Part shown: piece after piece, positions 12,188 through 23,100 of the stretch | How the letters are laid out: each line of letters begins with the position of its first letter | How positions within the stretch are numbered: the first letter of the stretch is position 1 | Origin: Welwitschia mirabilis | Taxonomy: Eukaryota | Length of the DNA stretch: 33,922 nucleotides | Direction of reading: 5' to 3' | Assembly: GCA_051453625.1 (NCBI GenBank) | Contig: JBOZIK010000001.1 | Location: 8,300,784-8,334,705 of the forward strand | Notes under the pieces: generated by a model | The model's database searches: none | Seen by the model: only the letters and a program-made list of their open reading frames with translations | What the model was told of the DNA's origin: nothing | Translations under genes and position numbers: made by a program

Positions 12188-13300
12188 TGTTAACATGTAA
12201 AAATTAACATTTATCTCAAGTATATCAAACCAATGTATCATTGTGAAGATATTAATTTAAACATTTTAATCATAAAAATATGTCCTATGCTATTTTATAT
12301 GACATACTTATTCTCATGAATTTTTGCATAAAATTTTAAAGAATTTGGATTTATTTTGAAGCATATGTATCATAAATTAGAGGTGATGTTCCTAACACCA
12401 ATAGCACTATATAACTATATGGTAGTGCTAGTTAGATAAGAGTAATTACCTTTAGCCTAAGGGCCTAAACTTTTTCATGAAGAAGTAAGTTGTTTTTGAT
12501 GATGGAATTAGTTAATTAATACATCAAAATCAAATATTATCTTTAATGATATCTCACAATAGTAGTGGAAGACATGAGGTAGTGACATTCAGTGGTAACA
12601 TTTGAGACATGTGATAATAGCACTAATTGCTAGAGGAATCCAACTTCAAAGGTCATGTATTGAACTCATCATGGCAACCTCCACTAAATACTATAAGGCA
12701 AATATTTAGCTACCCTACCTAATACTACATTATAAAGAATTGTAATCATCCTCCTAACACTATAAGTAAAAGGATTAAAACTATCATAAACCCTGTCTTC
12801 ACTTGTAAAAAGGGTAAAGTGTGCCTAATTATAGGGGTGAAATATCTATTAATCTTTTATTAGTAAAATTTTTAAAATAAGAAATCTTCATAATGTCATT
12901 CTAATCTTCCCCTCAAGAAAAGAGCTAGACTTAAGGCTATCTTAACATTTCTTTAGATTAAGTATTCTTCTTTAAGGTAATGTAGTTCTTATTTTTTAAT
13001 AAGAAGTAGTTTTCCTTTCTTAATTTCAAGTGTGAATTACTTCATACTTAGAATGTTTGATTTGAGACTATGTATATATAAGTGAGTCTCTTTTGTTCAT
13101 ATTTTGGTTTTATAACTTGTAATTATTTGATGATGCTTAAGAGTAAAATCCTACTTATCATGGTTATGAGTAGGCTATAAAAAAACCAAAAGTAAAAAAT
13201 GAATTTCACCACCACTTATGTAGTAAATGTGATTATGTTACCACCATATGTTCCACAATGAACTTGATTAGTTATGGCTTAAGATGAATTACATTATGTT
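12188..13300 (+). repeat. Third Athila-type LTR, truncated at its 3' end
   Basis: Start resembles 8132. TATA relic TGTAAAAAGGG at 12804, at a similar offset from the start as 8792. 12900-13010 resembles 8865-8980. 13220-13285 resembles the reverse complement of ~3305-3352. Confidence 0.6.
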
Positions 13301-13439
13301 ATTAATTGAAGACCTTTTACATATGAAAATATTTAAATTAGTACTTTCCCACTTTTTTCATTTAAAGTTTCCCTTCTCATCTTATCAATTTTTAGTTTTA
13401 TGTTAATTTTATTGTATTACTATTTATGTGTTCAACTAT

Positions 13440-14615
13440 CCCCATTATCTCTTCATAATAATGACACTAGATCCTTACCTAGTTTTGTTATAATTTAATT
13501 TGATTCAAATAACTCTTAATAAAATAATGATGGAAATCTATGTGTTTAACTCTAGAGTGAAGCATAGNNNNNNNNNNNNNNNNNNNNNNNNNNNNNNNNN
13601 NNNNNNNNNNNNNNNNNNNNNNNNNNNNNNNNNNNNNNNNNNNNNNNNNNNNNNNNNNNNNNNNNNNATAAAATAATGATGGAAATCTATGTGTTTAGCT
13701 CTAGAGTGAAGCATAGGATTCTTGGAGATACTAATTGAATTAGAGTTATCACAAAAGATGGAGGTATTAGACTCATGGATATCTAACTCTTTAAGTGCAT
13801 TATGAATCCACAAGATTTGATCTACATAATTGCTAAATGATATATATTCAACTTATATAATTAAAATAGCAACAAAGATTTATCTATTAATAGCCCAACT
13901 CATTAGACATGATCATAGAAAGAAATAATGATCATTAGTACTCTTTCTACCATGATTACATCTACCTTTCAATATTATAAAAGGTAAAATAAACCATACA
14001 CTAGATTCTTTTGCGAGCCAAATATCATAGCATGTACTAGAGTTCACATACTTTAGGATCATCCTGACATACTTTAAACATGATTCTTTATGTTTAGATT
14101 GATTCTTGTCATAAAGTCCTATGACAAAATTGATGTCACACCTATTAGCTGTAAGTAGAGTAGACTTCTAATCATGATTTAGTATAATTTAGTATTCTAA
14201 TCCATTTGTTTAGCATTGATCTTATCATTTGTATCCACTGATGTAATGACACACTTGTTATTCTCTAAGATAAATTTCTTCATAGGTCACTTACAAATTT
14301 TTATTTTAATAGAAATAAATCATATTTCTTTGTTTTATCTGCAAATCATAAATATTTAAAGCCTAGTAAGATTGCTTATCTCAAGTTACTTAGTCATTCA
14401 TTTGGAAAATCATGAGAGGATAGATCTAGAGAAGAGCCAAAAATAATTCCATCTATATAAATTTGTACTAAGAGAAAATTAGATTTATTAATTTTAATAA
14501 ATATTATCTTATTTATACTTCCTTTCATAAAACCATGCTAAAAAATAAATGAGATGAGTTTTTGATACCATGCATAGGGTTCTTTCTTTAATTCATAGAG
14601 AGATTTCTTTAAACT
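13440..14615 (-). pseudogene. pol: Copia reverse transcriptase (C-terminal part) plus RNase H remnant
   Basis: LKKSLYELKKEPYAWYQKL (cf. LKKALYGLKQAPRAWYERL, ~14556-14612); VQIYIDGIIFG (cf. YVDD motif, ~14436-14468); IFCDNSNSISISKNPMLHSRAKHIDFHHYF (ORF 13538-13813; cf. HSRTKHIDIRHHF). Confidence 0.92.
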
Positions 14616-14840
14616 TTATCATATTGCTAATGCCAAGGAGGTTGCTCTTTAGTCCATTTACATATAGCATATCATGGATAGTGGAAACATTCTTACCTTT
14701 AATAGTTCTAATTCCATCCACCATTACATTTCTATTATCCCTAAAAGTAACAACACTTCTATTACATTTCTCCATGTTTATCAATTTACTAGTATCCCTT
14801 GTCCTGTGTTTTAAACTTTCATTGTTAAAATATCAGTGGA
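14616..14840 (-). pseudogene. pol: Copia aspartic protease remnant
   Basis: NESLKHRTRDTSKLINMEKCNRSVVTFRDN...IHDMLYVNGLKSNLLGISN, matching DSGCSRHMTGD...VTFGDN...VLYVDGLKHNLLSISQ. Confidence 0.85.
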
Positions 14841-14899
14841 CATCATTAGTAGTAGATAGATATGTATGAAATAAAATACTTTATTGAATTTATCATTTC

Positions 14900-17330
14900 T
14901 CCATCTATTATTAAAATTTTATTATTTCCTAATAGAATAAAATCCATGTAATGTATCAAACTTAGAAAACATATTTTTAAAATGGTAATTCAAGTTAGGT
15001 TGCCCAAATCTATTTGAAAAATGATGTAGAAGATGTTTCCTACTATTTTTACTAAATTTAACAATATAAGATTATGGTTGAATGTCACCTAATTTTTTTT
15101 CCTTTTAAGAATGAGCATTTACCATTTAAGATTGAGGAGGTTTTGCTTTAGGATGAGGATGAGATTAGTGGTATGTAACCTAATTCACTCTTATTACTAG
15201 AAGCTCTTTTCTTGAATATCATATTCTTCAATAAGTCATTACCTATAGAGAAATTTAAAAAAAATAATAATTCATTAATCTTCAATAATAAAAAATCACA
15301 CTTATGTTCACTAAGTTTTGAAACTTCTTAAAGGTATCTGATCTTGTTGTTATAATGTATCACTTATTTTCCAAGTTTTCCTTTACATGGTCTAATATCA
15401 TTAAGATGTAATTTTATTTTTTAATTCTTATTACATGTTTTGTAATGTTAGGATCCTCTTAATTTCACCACAAACTTCCTAATTGACTTCAATTAAGAAG
15501 TCATCTTATTGCTTGTCTTCAACCTGTTTATCATTTACATTTTCAAACTTGATCTCTTCTTCATCTTCAATGTTTGAGAATAAATCTTTTTCATCATTAC
15601 TTTTCTCATTTTATGTATGATTTGAAGATATTTATAATTATAATTCATGAGGATTACTTAAAGTAAATTCAAAACCATTATTAAATTTAGACAAAAGAGA
15701 GATATTACATGAGGTAAAATTCATAAAGGATAACATCTTATTGTTTTAGCATTTTTCTATAATCCAAATCATCATCACTCTTCAAGTGGCCATATTACAC
15801 GTCTTCTTATAATATCTTAATGCCATATTCTTTCTATTCTTTGGAAATTTCATAACCATATGTCTATATTCTTTACATACATTGCATTATATTGGCATAC
15901 CTTTGGATCTAGAAGATGATCTTTTACATTTTTTTTTCCTCCTTTACTTTTTATGTATCAATATTTTCTTGACCTTATTGGTAAATAATTCTAACTCTTT
16001 AACCATGCTATAATTAAATTCAAATGATAATAAACNNNNNNNNNNNNNNNNNNNNNNNNNNNNNNNNNNNNNNNNNNNNNNNNNNNNNNNNNNNNNNNNN
16101 NNNNNNNNNNNNNNNNNNNNNNNNNNNNNNNNNNNNNNNNNNNNNNNNNNNNNNNNNNNNNNNNNNNNNNNNNNNNNNNNNNNNNNNNNNNNNNNNNNNN
16201 NNNNNNNNNNNNNNNNNNNNNNNNNNNNNNNNNNNNNNNNNNNNNNNNNNNNNNNNNNNNNNNNNNNNNNNNNNNNNNNNNNNNNNNNNNNNNNNNNNNN
16301 NNNNNNNNNNNNNNNNNNNNNNNNNNNNNNNNNNNNNNNNNNNNNNNNNNNNNNNNNNNNNNNNNNNNNNNNNNNNNNNNNNNNNNNNNNNNNNNNNNNN
16401 NNNNNNNNNNNNNNNNNNNNNNNNNNNNNNNNNNNNNNNNNNNNNNNNNNNNNNNNNNNNNNNNNNNNNNNNNNNNNNNNNNNNNNNNNNNNNNNNNNNN
16501 NNNNNNNNNNNNNNNNNNNNNNNNNNNNNNNNNNNNNNNNNNNNNNNNNNNNNNNNNNNNNNNNNNNNNNNNNNNNNNNNNNNNNNNNNNNNNNNNNNNN
16601 NNNNNNNNNNNNNNNNNNNNNNNNNNNNNNNNNNNNNNNNNNNNNNNNNNNNNNNNNNNNNNNNNNNNNNNNNNNNTAGAAGAGGAATTTTTATCTTTAG
16701 AAGAATATAAATGATTAAGTCTACTATTTTATCTCTATTAGATGTTTTAGCTTAAAGATGAAGATGTAACTTACTAGTTCTTTTAATTTTATCTTGTCAA
16801 TGTCTTTAGTGTCTTTAATAAAGATCATTTTAGATATTTAACTAGTTCTAAGTGGTTCTCCTACCCCTTGTAAACCACAAACTATGTTCATTAGCTTGTT
16901 ATTAATGTCTATGAAGGTATTATATTTTTATATCCTAATTTTATTGAATTTATTTATGAGAATATTTATTTATCTTTTTAATATAATTTGTTCCTTCATA
17001 TGTCACTACAAATAATCCAAAATTTATTTAATAGTAGCAAAATTTCTTCCCTTTTTATATCCTTCCAGATTTAGATCATAAGCAGTTGCATTTATTATCT
17101 TCTTATTTAGCATTGCATAAACCTTCTTGTCATTTTTCTATTGAGATTTTTATTTCATTACTAGGATGTTTAAATCATTAACTTTATCATTTTCATTAGT
17201 AAAGTAAATCCTTCCTTTGTTATGGTCTAGTTGTTAGAATTCAAAGCCTTAATAAGTACTTGTATTCTTAACTTCTAGAACTCATAGTTTTTACCACTAA
17301 ATAAAGGAGAAAGTTTAATTGACTAGAATT
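14900..17330 (-). pseudogene. gag: SIRE-type gag remnant
   Basis: PLFSGKNYEF*KLRIQVLIKAL (~17243-17308; cf. PLFDGTNYAYWKVRM); zinc-knuckle relic CNVCKEYRHMVMKFP (15842-15886); KFSIGNDLLKNMIFKKRASSNKSELGY (~15175-15256). Gap at 16036-16676. Confidence 0.85.
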
Positions 17331-17385
17331 TCATCTTAGAATATCTATTTAATAATTAAAAATTATAGAAAACTAATCACACCAA

Positions 17386-18422
17386 TGATAAGGACTAATT
17401 ATCTTAACTATAAAGGATAAATAGAATAGCTTAGGGCTGATTTTTGTTATTGAATGTTTAATACTAATTAGAAAATATAATAAGATAGAAGTTATATTAA
17501 GCTAATTAGTAATTGAGAATATAAGGTAAATCTTAATAGTAATTTAAATAAAAATGCATAATAATTAAGAAAAATAATTAAAACAAGTAAGCACAAAGTA
17601 TGAAAAATAAGTATACTTTCTATATTGATGAATAAAATCTTCATAACACTCCCACTAAAATTTCTAGTAGTTCTCAATTATACAATAGGATTTAATGATA
17701 ATCCTCAGCATTTAAGTAAGCTTAAAATTTTTGATTATAACAAGATAAAGTATAGTAATATAAGAAACATGAGGAAGGTAAGATATGAAATGTGGTATTT
17801 ATAATTCTAGCTCAACAATCAAGGATGCAAAAATTAATGATTAGTATTAAAGTATTTCTATTTATACCAAGTGAATTTACTTGCTATTAATTAAATTTTA
17901 AAGGAATATGACTACTAAGAGAATTATAATGATTTTTTAACCTTTTAAGACATCTAGAAAATAATTACATGTTATCTCTAGTGGATACATATAGTGATAG
18001 TCGAGTAGATGGTATCTAATCCCTTATTAGTAGTTAGATAATTCTTTAGCTAATTGACTTATGTTCATAGCTAGTTTACCTCTAGTAGAAATAATTATGG
18101 ATATGTAATTCTCGAAATATCAATTCCTTAAGAGTACTAATTAACTACTCATTAATCACATGAAGTTTTCTTATAAAAAGTAATTAACCTTAAGATGAAG
18201 CTAGTTGATCAGTGGTTGATTTATACTGAAGTCAATTGATCACATGAATTAATAACTAGTTGACTATTCATTAGCTTTATCTTGTTTTCTTATGTCTTAA
18301 AATGTATCTTTCTAATGTAACTAATGTTCCATGTGGTTTGTTCTTTTACTTTATTACTTTAGTTTTTATGTTTTGAACTAGTAATCTTTATTTAGGTTTT
18401 ACAAATCTTAATATAATATTCA
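17386..18422 (-). repeat. 5' LTR of the SIRE-like element
   Basis: Minus-strand end ...CCTTATCA, followed by a weak PBS relic (TGGTGTGATTAG). TATAAATA at 17866-17859. Decayed GTCGAC-type palindromes at ~17980-18270. The outer boundary is approximate. Confidence 0.65.
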
Positions 18423-18899
18423 TAGGAAGGAGATCCTACAAACCATACCCAAATGGCTTGGAAAGATGGGATTTTTAGTAAAAATATTCATATATATTTT
18501 TATTAAAAAATTATAAATCTATTTAGGATGATTGAAGGCTTAACCATCCTTTTAAATTTACTTATGAATAGTATGAACACACCTTCCTTAGATAAGTTAT
18601 AAAATTCTTTGGAAGCATAATCTCCAACTTATAGTTATTTTAGCTTAGCTTTTAAAGGAGCACATATGACATGCTAATGCTTAAGTTATTTTTACTATAA
18701 TATACTTTATTGGAGAAGTTGAAGCTCTTAATTTAAATAAATACCATGAATATTCTTATTCTAACACTAATCTAAATACCTACAAATTTAGTGTTGAACA
18801 TCGTATTATTTAAGTTTAGCATGTTTGTAAAGGCTCTAGTCAATTCTTATATTCTAAAAGGGTATTTTCAAGTCAATAAATATATCCGAAAGACTCTTA

Positions 18900-19800
18900 A
18901 GGTATTCAATGCAAATTTGAAGATTGAATTTGAAGATTATTAAAATTTGAGATTTTAACAATATAGGATTAAAGATAAAAGGATTGTATAAATCTCTATA
19001 ACTTTTATCAAACATGAGAAGATGAATTAAAATAGGAAAGTGATGAGATGACTAAGTAAAAAAAAGTACCTATACAAGATTATGTTCACTAGATACATGA
19101 TATAAAAGTAGTTTAGTTAAAATATAATAGTGATCTAGTATGAAAAATTCAATATCAAGCCATGACAATGATTAAATCAAGTAAATTAGAAGGAAGCTTC
19201 ACATCGATGATGATTAATAACATCATTTAAGTAGAATTTCATCTTGAATCTAAGCCAAGCAAGTAACTCATAAGCAATAAAGATAAGCCTGAGATATAAC
19301 ATATAACATTTTTAAACTTTATCATATTGAAAACTCTGATAATGAATCAACTAATAGGAGGAAGTTTAGTCATAAAAGACTTCATAGTGTAATCCTATCA
19401 CAAGGTTTATTCCTTGTATAAATATCTAGGACAGTTAAAAAAGATTTTTGAAATTTAATTCAACATCAAACAAAGGTTTTAGAAGTTCTAACATTAAAAA
19501 TATTTAAATACCTCTTATTATGAACAAAAATAGTAACACAATCATAACCCTTCTCATGCTTGGAAATCACTATCTAAGTTGAGGAATTAATAACATTTAA
19601 TATATTATCTAATGCTGCACAAGAATATTTAAGCTTTTAAAGAGTTAAAAGAAATTCAAAGAATAGCAAACACATAAAATACCTAATAGTGTAAGTACAC
19701 TTTACATCTATTAGCCTCTAATGTTTAATAATCCATACTTTATGATGACAATGTGGAGGAATATTCTTAGTTTTTACTAAGCTTTTGTAATTGAAAAGTT
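18900..19800 (+). repeat. Possible LTR-like remnant, unclassified
   Basis: TATAAATA at 19417-19424. The preceding AATCCTATCACAAGGTTTATTCCTTGT resembles AATCTTATCAAAGCCTTATCCTTGT at ~23835. Boundaries are unknown. Confidence 0.25.
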
Positions 19801-19999
19801 ATATAAAACATTAAAAATATTAGTTAACTCTATATCTACAACAATTATCTAATGAATCTTAGGATGAGAATAAGATGGATTAATGACAATACATTTATTT
19901 CAAGTAGCTGTAAAAAAAGTCTTTTAATCCTTATAAGGCTAAATTAATGATAGTGATGTCTTCTTTCATGATGTGAGAGATGAAATATCTACATTTTTA

Positions 20000-21130
20000 A
20001 GAGTTCACCTAGTCATTAATTCTTGGTTCTTTTCTTTTAATTTTTTTAAATTTCATTAAAAATCTTGTATGTTGGTTTTTAAGGAATGTCTAATATGTTC
20101 TCTCACTATATTAGTACTCATAATAGCTAGAGTGGTCTAGATGATAATCTACATGTTGGAATCTAAAGTGGAATCTAATTTAGCATTTTAACTATTAATA
20201 TACATAATTACTCCTTTAATACGAGTTTCACATTCATTCTTAAATCTTATATCTTGGTTTTTGAGGAAGGTCTAGTATGTTCTCTCACTGTACTAGTACT
20301 CATAGCAGCTAGAATGGTCTAGAGCATAATCTACATGTTGGAATATAAAGTGGTATCTAACTTAGCATTTTAAATATCAATATACATAATTGCTCCTTTA
20401 ATATGAGTTTCACATTCCTCCTTAAATTTTACTTTAATACATTGAAGCCTAATGTATCCTTCTTTTTTGCAATAGTAATAGGTACAAGATAGGGTAAGGA
20501 ATGAAATGAATATTACAAGTAAGTTTAAGCTCTTTTAGAAATAGTTAATTTAGATTCATGTTCATGCGTTCTTATTAGATGAAATAGGCTTAGTAGCCAG
20601 CCATTATTTTTAAACATATAATGTTTTTTAATTTTTCTATGATCATGTCTAAATTATAGTTCATCTAGAAAGGAAGCTAAGGAAACTTTAGTAATATCGA
20701 AAATGAAGAGACATTGTCAGTATGCCATTAAGATCACAATTACTTGAAAGTATTTTGGCATAATCAACTCCTATCTATACATATCTTTGGGTTACTTGAA
20801 TTTCTTGTTGTGTGTATCTACATTCATCTCACAACTTAAAATGATTACTAAATCCTAATTTTATGGTCACATTTATTTTAAAGCTGTGAACTCTTTTCTT
20901 GAATTGTAGTATAAGAGCTATTATGTTTAATATTTGAAAAAAAAATTCTTATTAGCTTTCATTCTACTAATTCATAAATAATATTTTATGGTTCCTTGTT
21001 AGTCATAAAGACATAGGCATTTGGAAATAATACATTTGCATGACAATAATACTTCTTTTGATCAAAGTATACATATATTTTTGGGTATTTTTTGAAAACC
21101 CAATATGATAAAGCTAAAATTTTGAGGTCT
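20000..21130 (-). pseudogene. gag: SIRE-like copia gag C-terminal remnant (second partial copy within 21505-22110)
   Basis: Minus strand, in SIRE gag order: CLMTNKE (~20995-21015; cf. ANLCLMA), NLDMIIEK...AGY (~20590-20655; cf. NLDMILG..GLGY), and zinc-knuckle relic YYYCKKEGYIRLQC (20439-20480). Confidence 0.6.
20061..20424. repeat. Tandem duplication, 2 x 182 bp
   Basis: AATCTTGTATGTTGG at 20061 vs AATCTTATATCTTGG at 20243; CACATTC at 20229 and 20411. Contiguous sequence with no gap. Confidence 0.92.
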
Positions 21131-22221
21131 GAGTTAAAATAATTTCTCTCCTAGAGGATGGGAACCTATTTTTCCTTCGCCACCACCTCCCCTCTCTATG
21201 TCCTACTCTCCGCTGTGGCATCATATTCCTAGATCTTTGCTATCTCCTNNNNNNNNNNNNNNNNNNNNNNNNNNNNNNNNNNNNNNNNNNNNNNNNNNNN
21301 NNNNNNNNNNNNNNNNNNNNNNNNNNNNNNNNNNNNNNNNNNNNNNNNGAAATCAACTCTTGATTGTTCATACCATTGGCCTTCGACAGAATTACGACAT
21401 TCGGTTCACTCCCGACTATACTACGTGCTGTATTTTGCATCTTATTTATAATTAACAGGATTGAAATCGAAGAGAGAAACATTGCATAAATACATACTGC
21501 AACATAAGTTTAAGCTCTTTTAGAACTAGTTATTTTAGATTCATATTCATGTGTTCTTATTAGATGGAATAGGATTAGTATCCAATAATTATTTTTAAAC
21601 ATATAAGTTTTTTAATTTTTCTATGATCATGTTTGAATTATAGTTCATCTAGAAAGGAAGCTAAGTAAACTTTAGTAATATCGAAAATGAAGTGACATTG
21701 TTAGTATGCCATTAAGATCACAATTACTTGAAAGTACTTTGGAATAACCAACTCCTATCTATATGTATATTTGAATCACTTAAATTTCTTGTTATGTGTA
21801 TCTACATTAATCTCACAACTTAAAATGATTACTAAATCCTAATTTTATGGTCACATTTATTTTGAAGCTGTGAACTCTTTTCTTGAATTTATGTTGAATA
21901 TTCAAAGAAAAATTCTTATTAGCTTTTATTCTACTAATTCATAAATAATATTTTATGATTCCTTGTTAATCATAAAGATGGAGGCATTTGGAAATAATAC
22001 ATTTGCATGACAATAATACTTCTTTTGATCTCTTTGTAAGTATACATATATTTTGGGGTATTTTTTGAAAACCCAATATGGTAAAGCTAAAATTTTGAGG
22101 TCCAAGTTAAAATAATTTCTCTCCTAGAGGATGGAAACCTGTTTTTCCTTTACCACCACCTCCCCTCTCTATGTCCTACTCTCCGCTGTGACATCATATT
22201 CTTAGATCTTTGCTATCTCCT
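20520..22221. repeat. Direct duplicate of ~720 bp across a gap (20520-21248 and 21505-22221)
   Basis: Both copies start TAAGTTTAAGCTCTTTTAGAA and end TCTTTGCTATCTCCT; roughly 90% identical by eye. Confidence 0.92.
21349..21504. mobile_element. Terminus of a probably younger LTR retrotransposon
   Basis: Retains CpGs. Ends in CAACA (TGTTG on the minus strand, a typical LTR terminus) exactly where homology to 20520 begins. Confidence 0.5.
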
Positions 22222-23100
22222 CTGTGCTCACCTTCTCACTTCATTTCTTCCTCTTCTTTACCAGTGTTATTCTGACCTACCATTTTTTAGGGCAAATCCC
22301 CTGAGGAGATTACCAAACCAGCTTTAGTAAAATCATAGAGAAAAACAAGTGCTTCAAGAGATGAGGCTCTCTCTATATAAGATGCTTGATGGTTTTGGCC
22401 TGAAACAATAGTAATCCGCTGAAAGAAAGTATCCTTCACTTTCACCAAAGACAGTTCGAATTTCTGAGAGCCTCTAGCCTTTCACATGTAGCATTTCGCA
22501 GAAAGAATCATCAAAACCCTTGAATGATGAAATCTTAGCATCAAAATTTACAACTAATGTAATTTTGCTGAATGCATGTCTACTAAGAAAGGCCACTTCT
22601 AAGAGGAAGAGAACTCCTGGGAGACAAAAATCTACAGAAACGGAAAATGCGAGGCCATTGGAGAATTCACACTCGTGGAAGAGAGCAGCAACAAAGGCCG
22701 ACCAACGGCAAAGGCGACAACGAAGATTGTATCTTTTGGGAGGCATGAAGGATCTTTTGCAGGCAAGAAAGAAAAATCAACCATGTTGCGATCGTGTTTC
22801 AAGCCTTTCGAGAGGTTATCATTCACTGTAGAATTGGAAGTGCAAGTCCCCTGGAATGGAAGGAGGAAAGGACAACAAAACAAAAAGGATGCATGTTTTA
22901 GATGAATATGTTTATCTACTTTAAGCGATCTCCGATNNNNNNNNNNTATATTAAATAGCCCTACTAACTCAGCCTGCAAGGAAGTCAATCGTAATATTCT
23001 GCGACCTAATGCTTCATTATCACTACTGCCTCTATTGTTCCCTCCCTCGCCAAGGACGTCGGTGCTCTCAACAGAGAGAAATTTCTCCATTATTTAATCT
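22120..23100 (-). other. Higher-GC, CpG-retaining segment; tentative L1 LINE 5'UTR/ORF1 fragment or host-gene fragment
   Basis: About 20 CpGs in 22400-23100, versus near absence elsewhere. An interrupted minus-strand frame KARGSQKFELSLVKVKDTFFQRITIVSG...GGGGKGKTGFHPLGE loosely resembles plant L1 ORF1 N-termini. Confidence 0.3.

Larger units (their letters stand above)
13340..18422 (-). mobile_element. Degenerate SIRE/Maximus-like Ty1/copia element: 5' LTR, gag, PR, partial RT, RNase H, multi-PPT region; integrase and 3' LTR missing
   Basis: Domain motifs as listed in the sub-features. The extended gag with GLGY-like motif and several purine tracts after RNase H (e.g. AAAAAGTGGGAAAG, ~13344-13357) are SIRE-like traits. 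Confidence 0.85.

Noticed and set aside
12820..12920. Apparent minus-strand copia PPT (TTGAGGGGAAGATT) and SIRE LTR end (GTGCCTA...GGGGTGAA)
   Set aside because: The surrounding sequence aligns better with the Athila-type LTR (~8790-8980), and the implied LTR would be only ~100 bp.
14570..14869. Hydrophobic ORFs resembling membrane or env-like proteins (also 8302-8511, 17492-17677, 25367-25582, 30988-31254)
   Set aside because: They are antisense shadows of gag/pol or lie in AT-rich LTRs; F/L/I richness follows from base composition.
22474..23090. Four overlapping short ORFs as candidate small genes
   Set aside because: No recognisable domain, and overlapping ORFs are expected by chance in a higher-GC patch. 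Kept only as an unexplained island.
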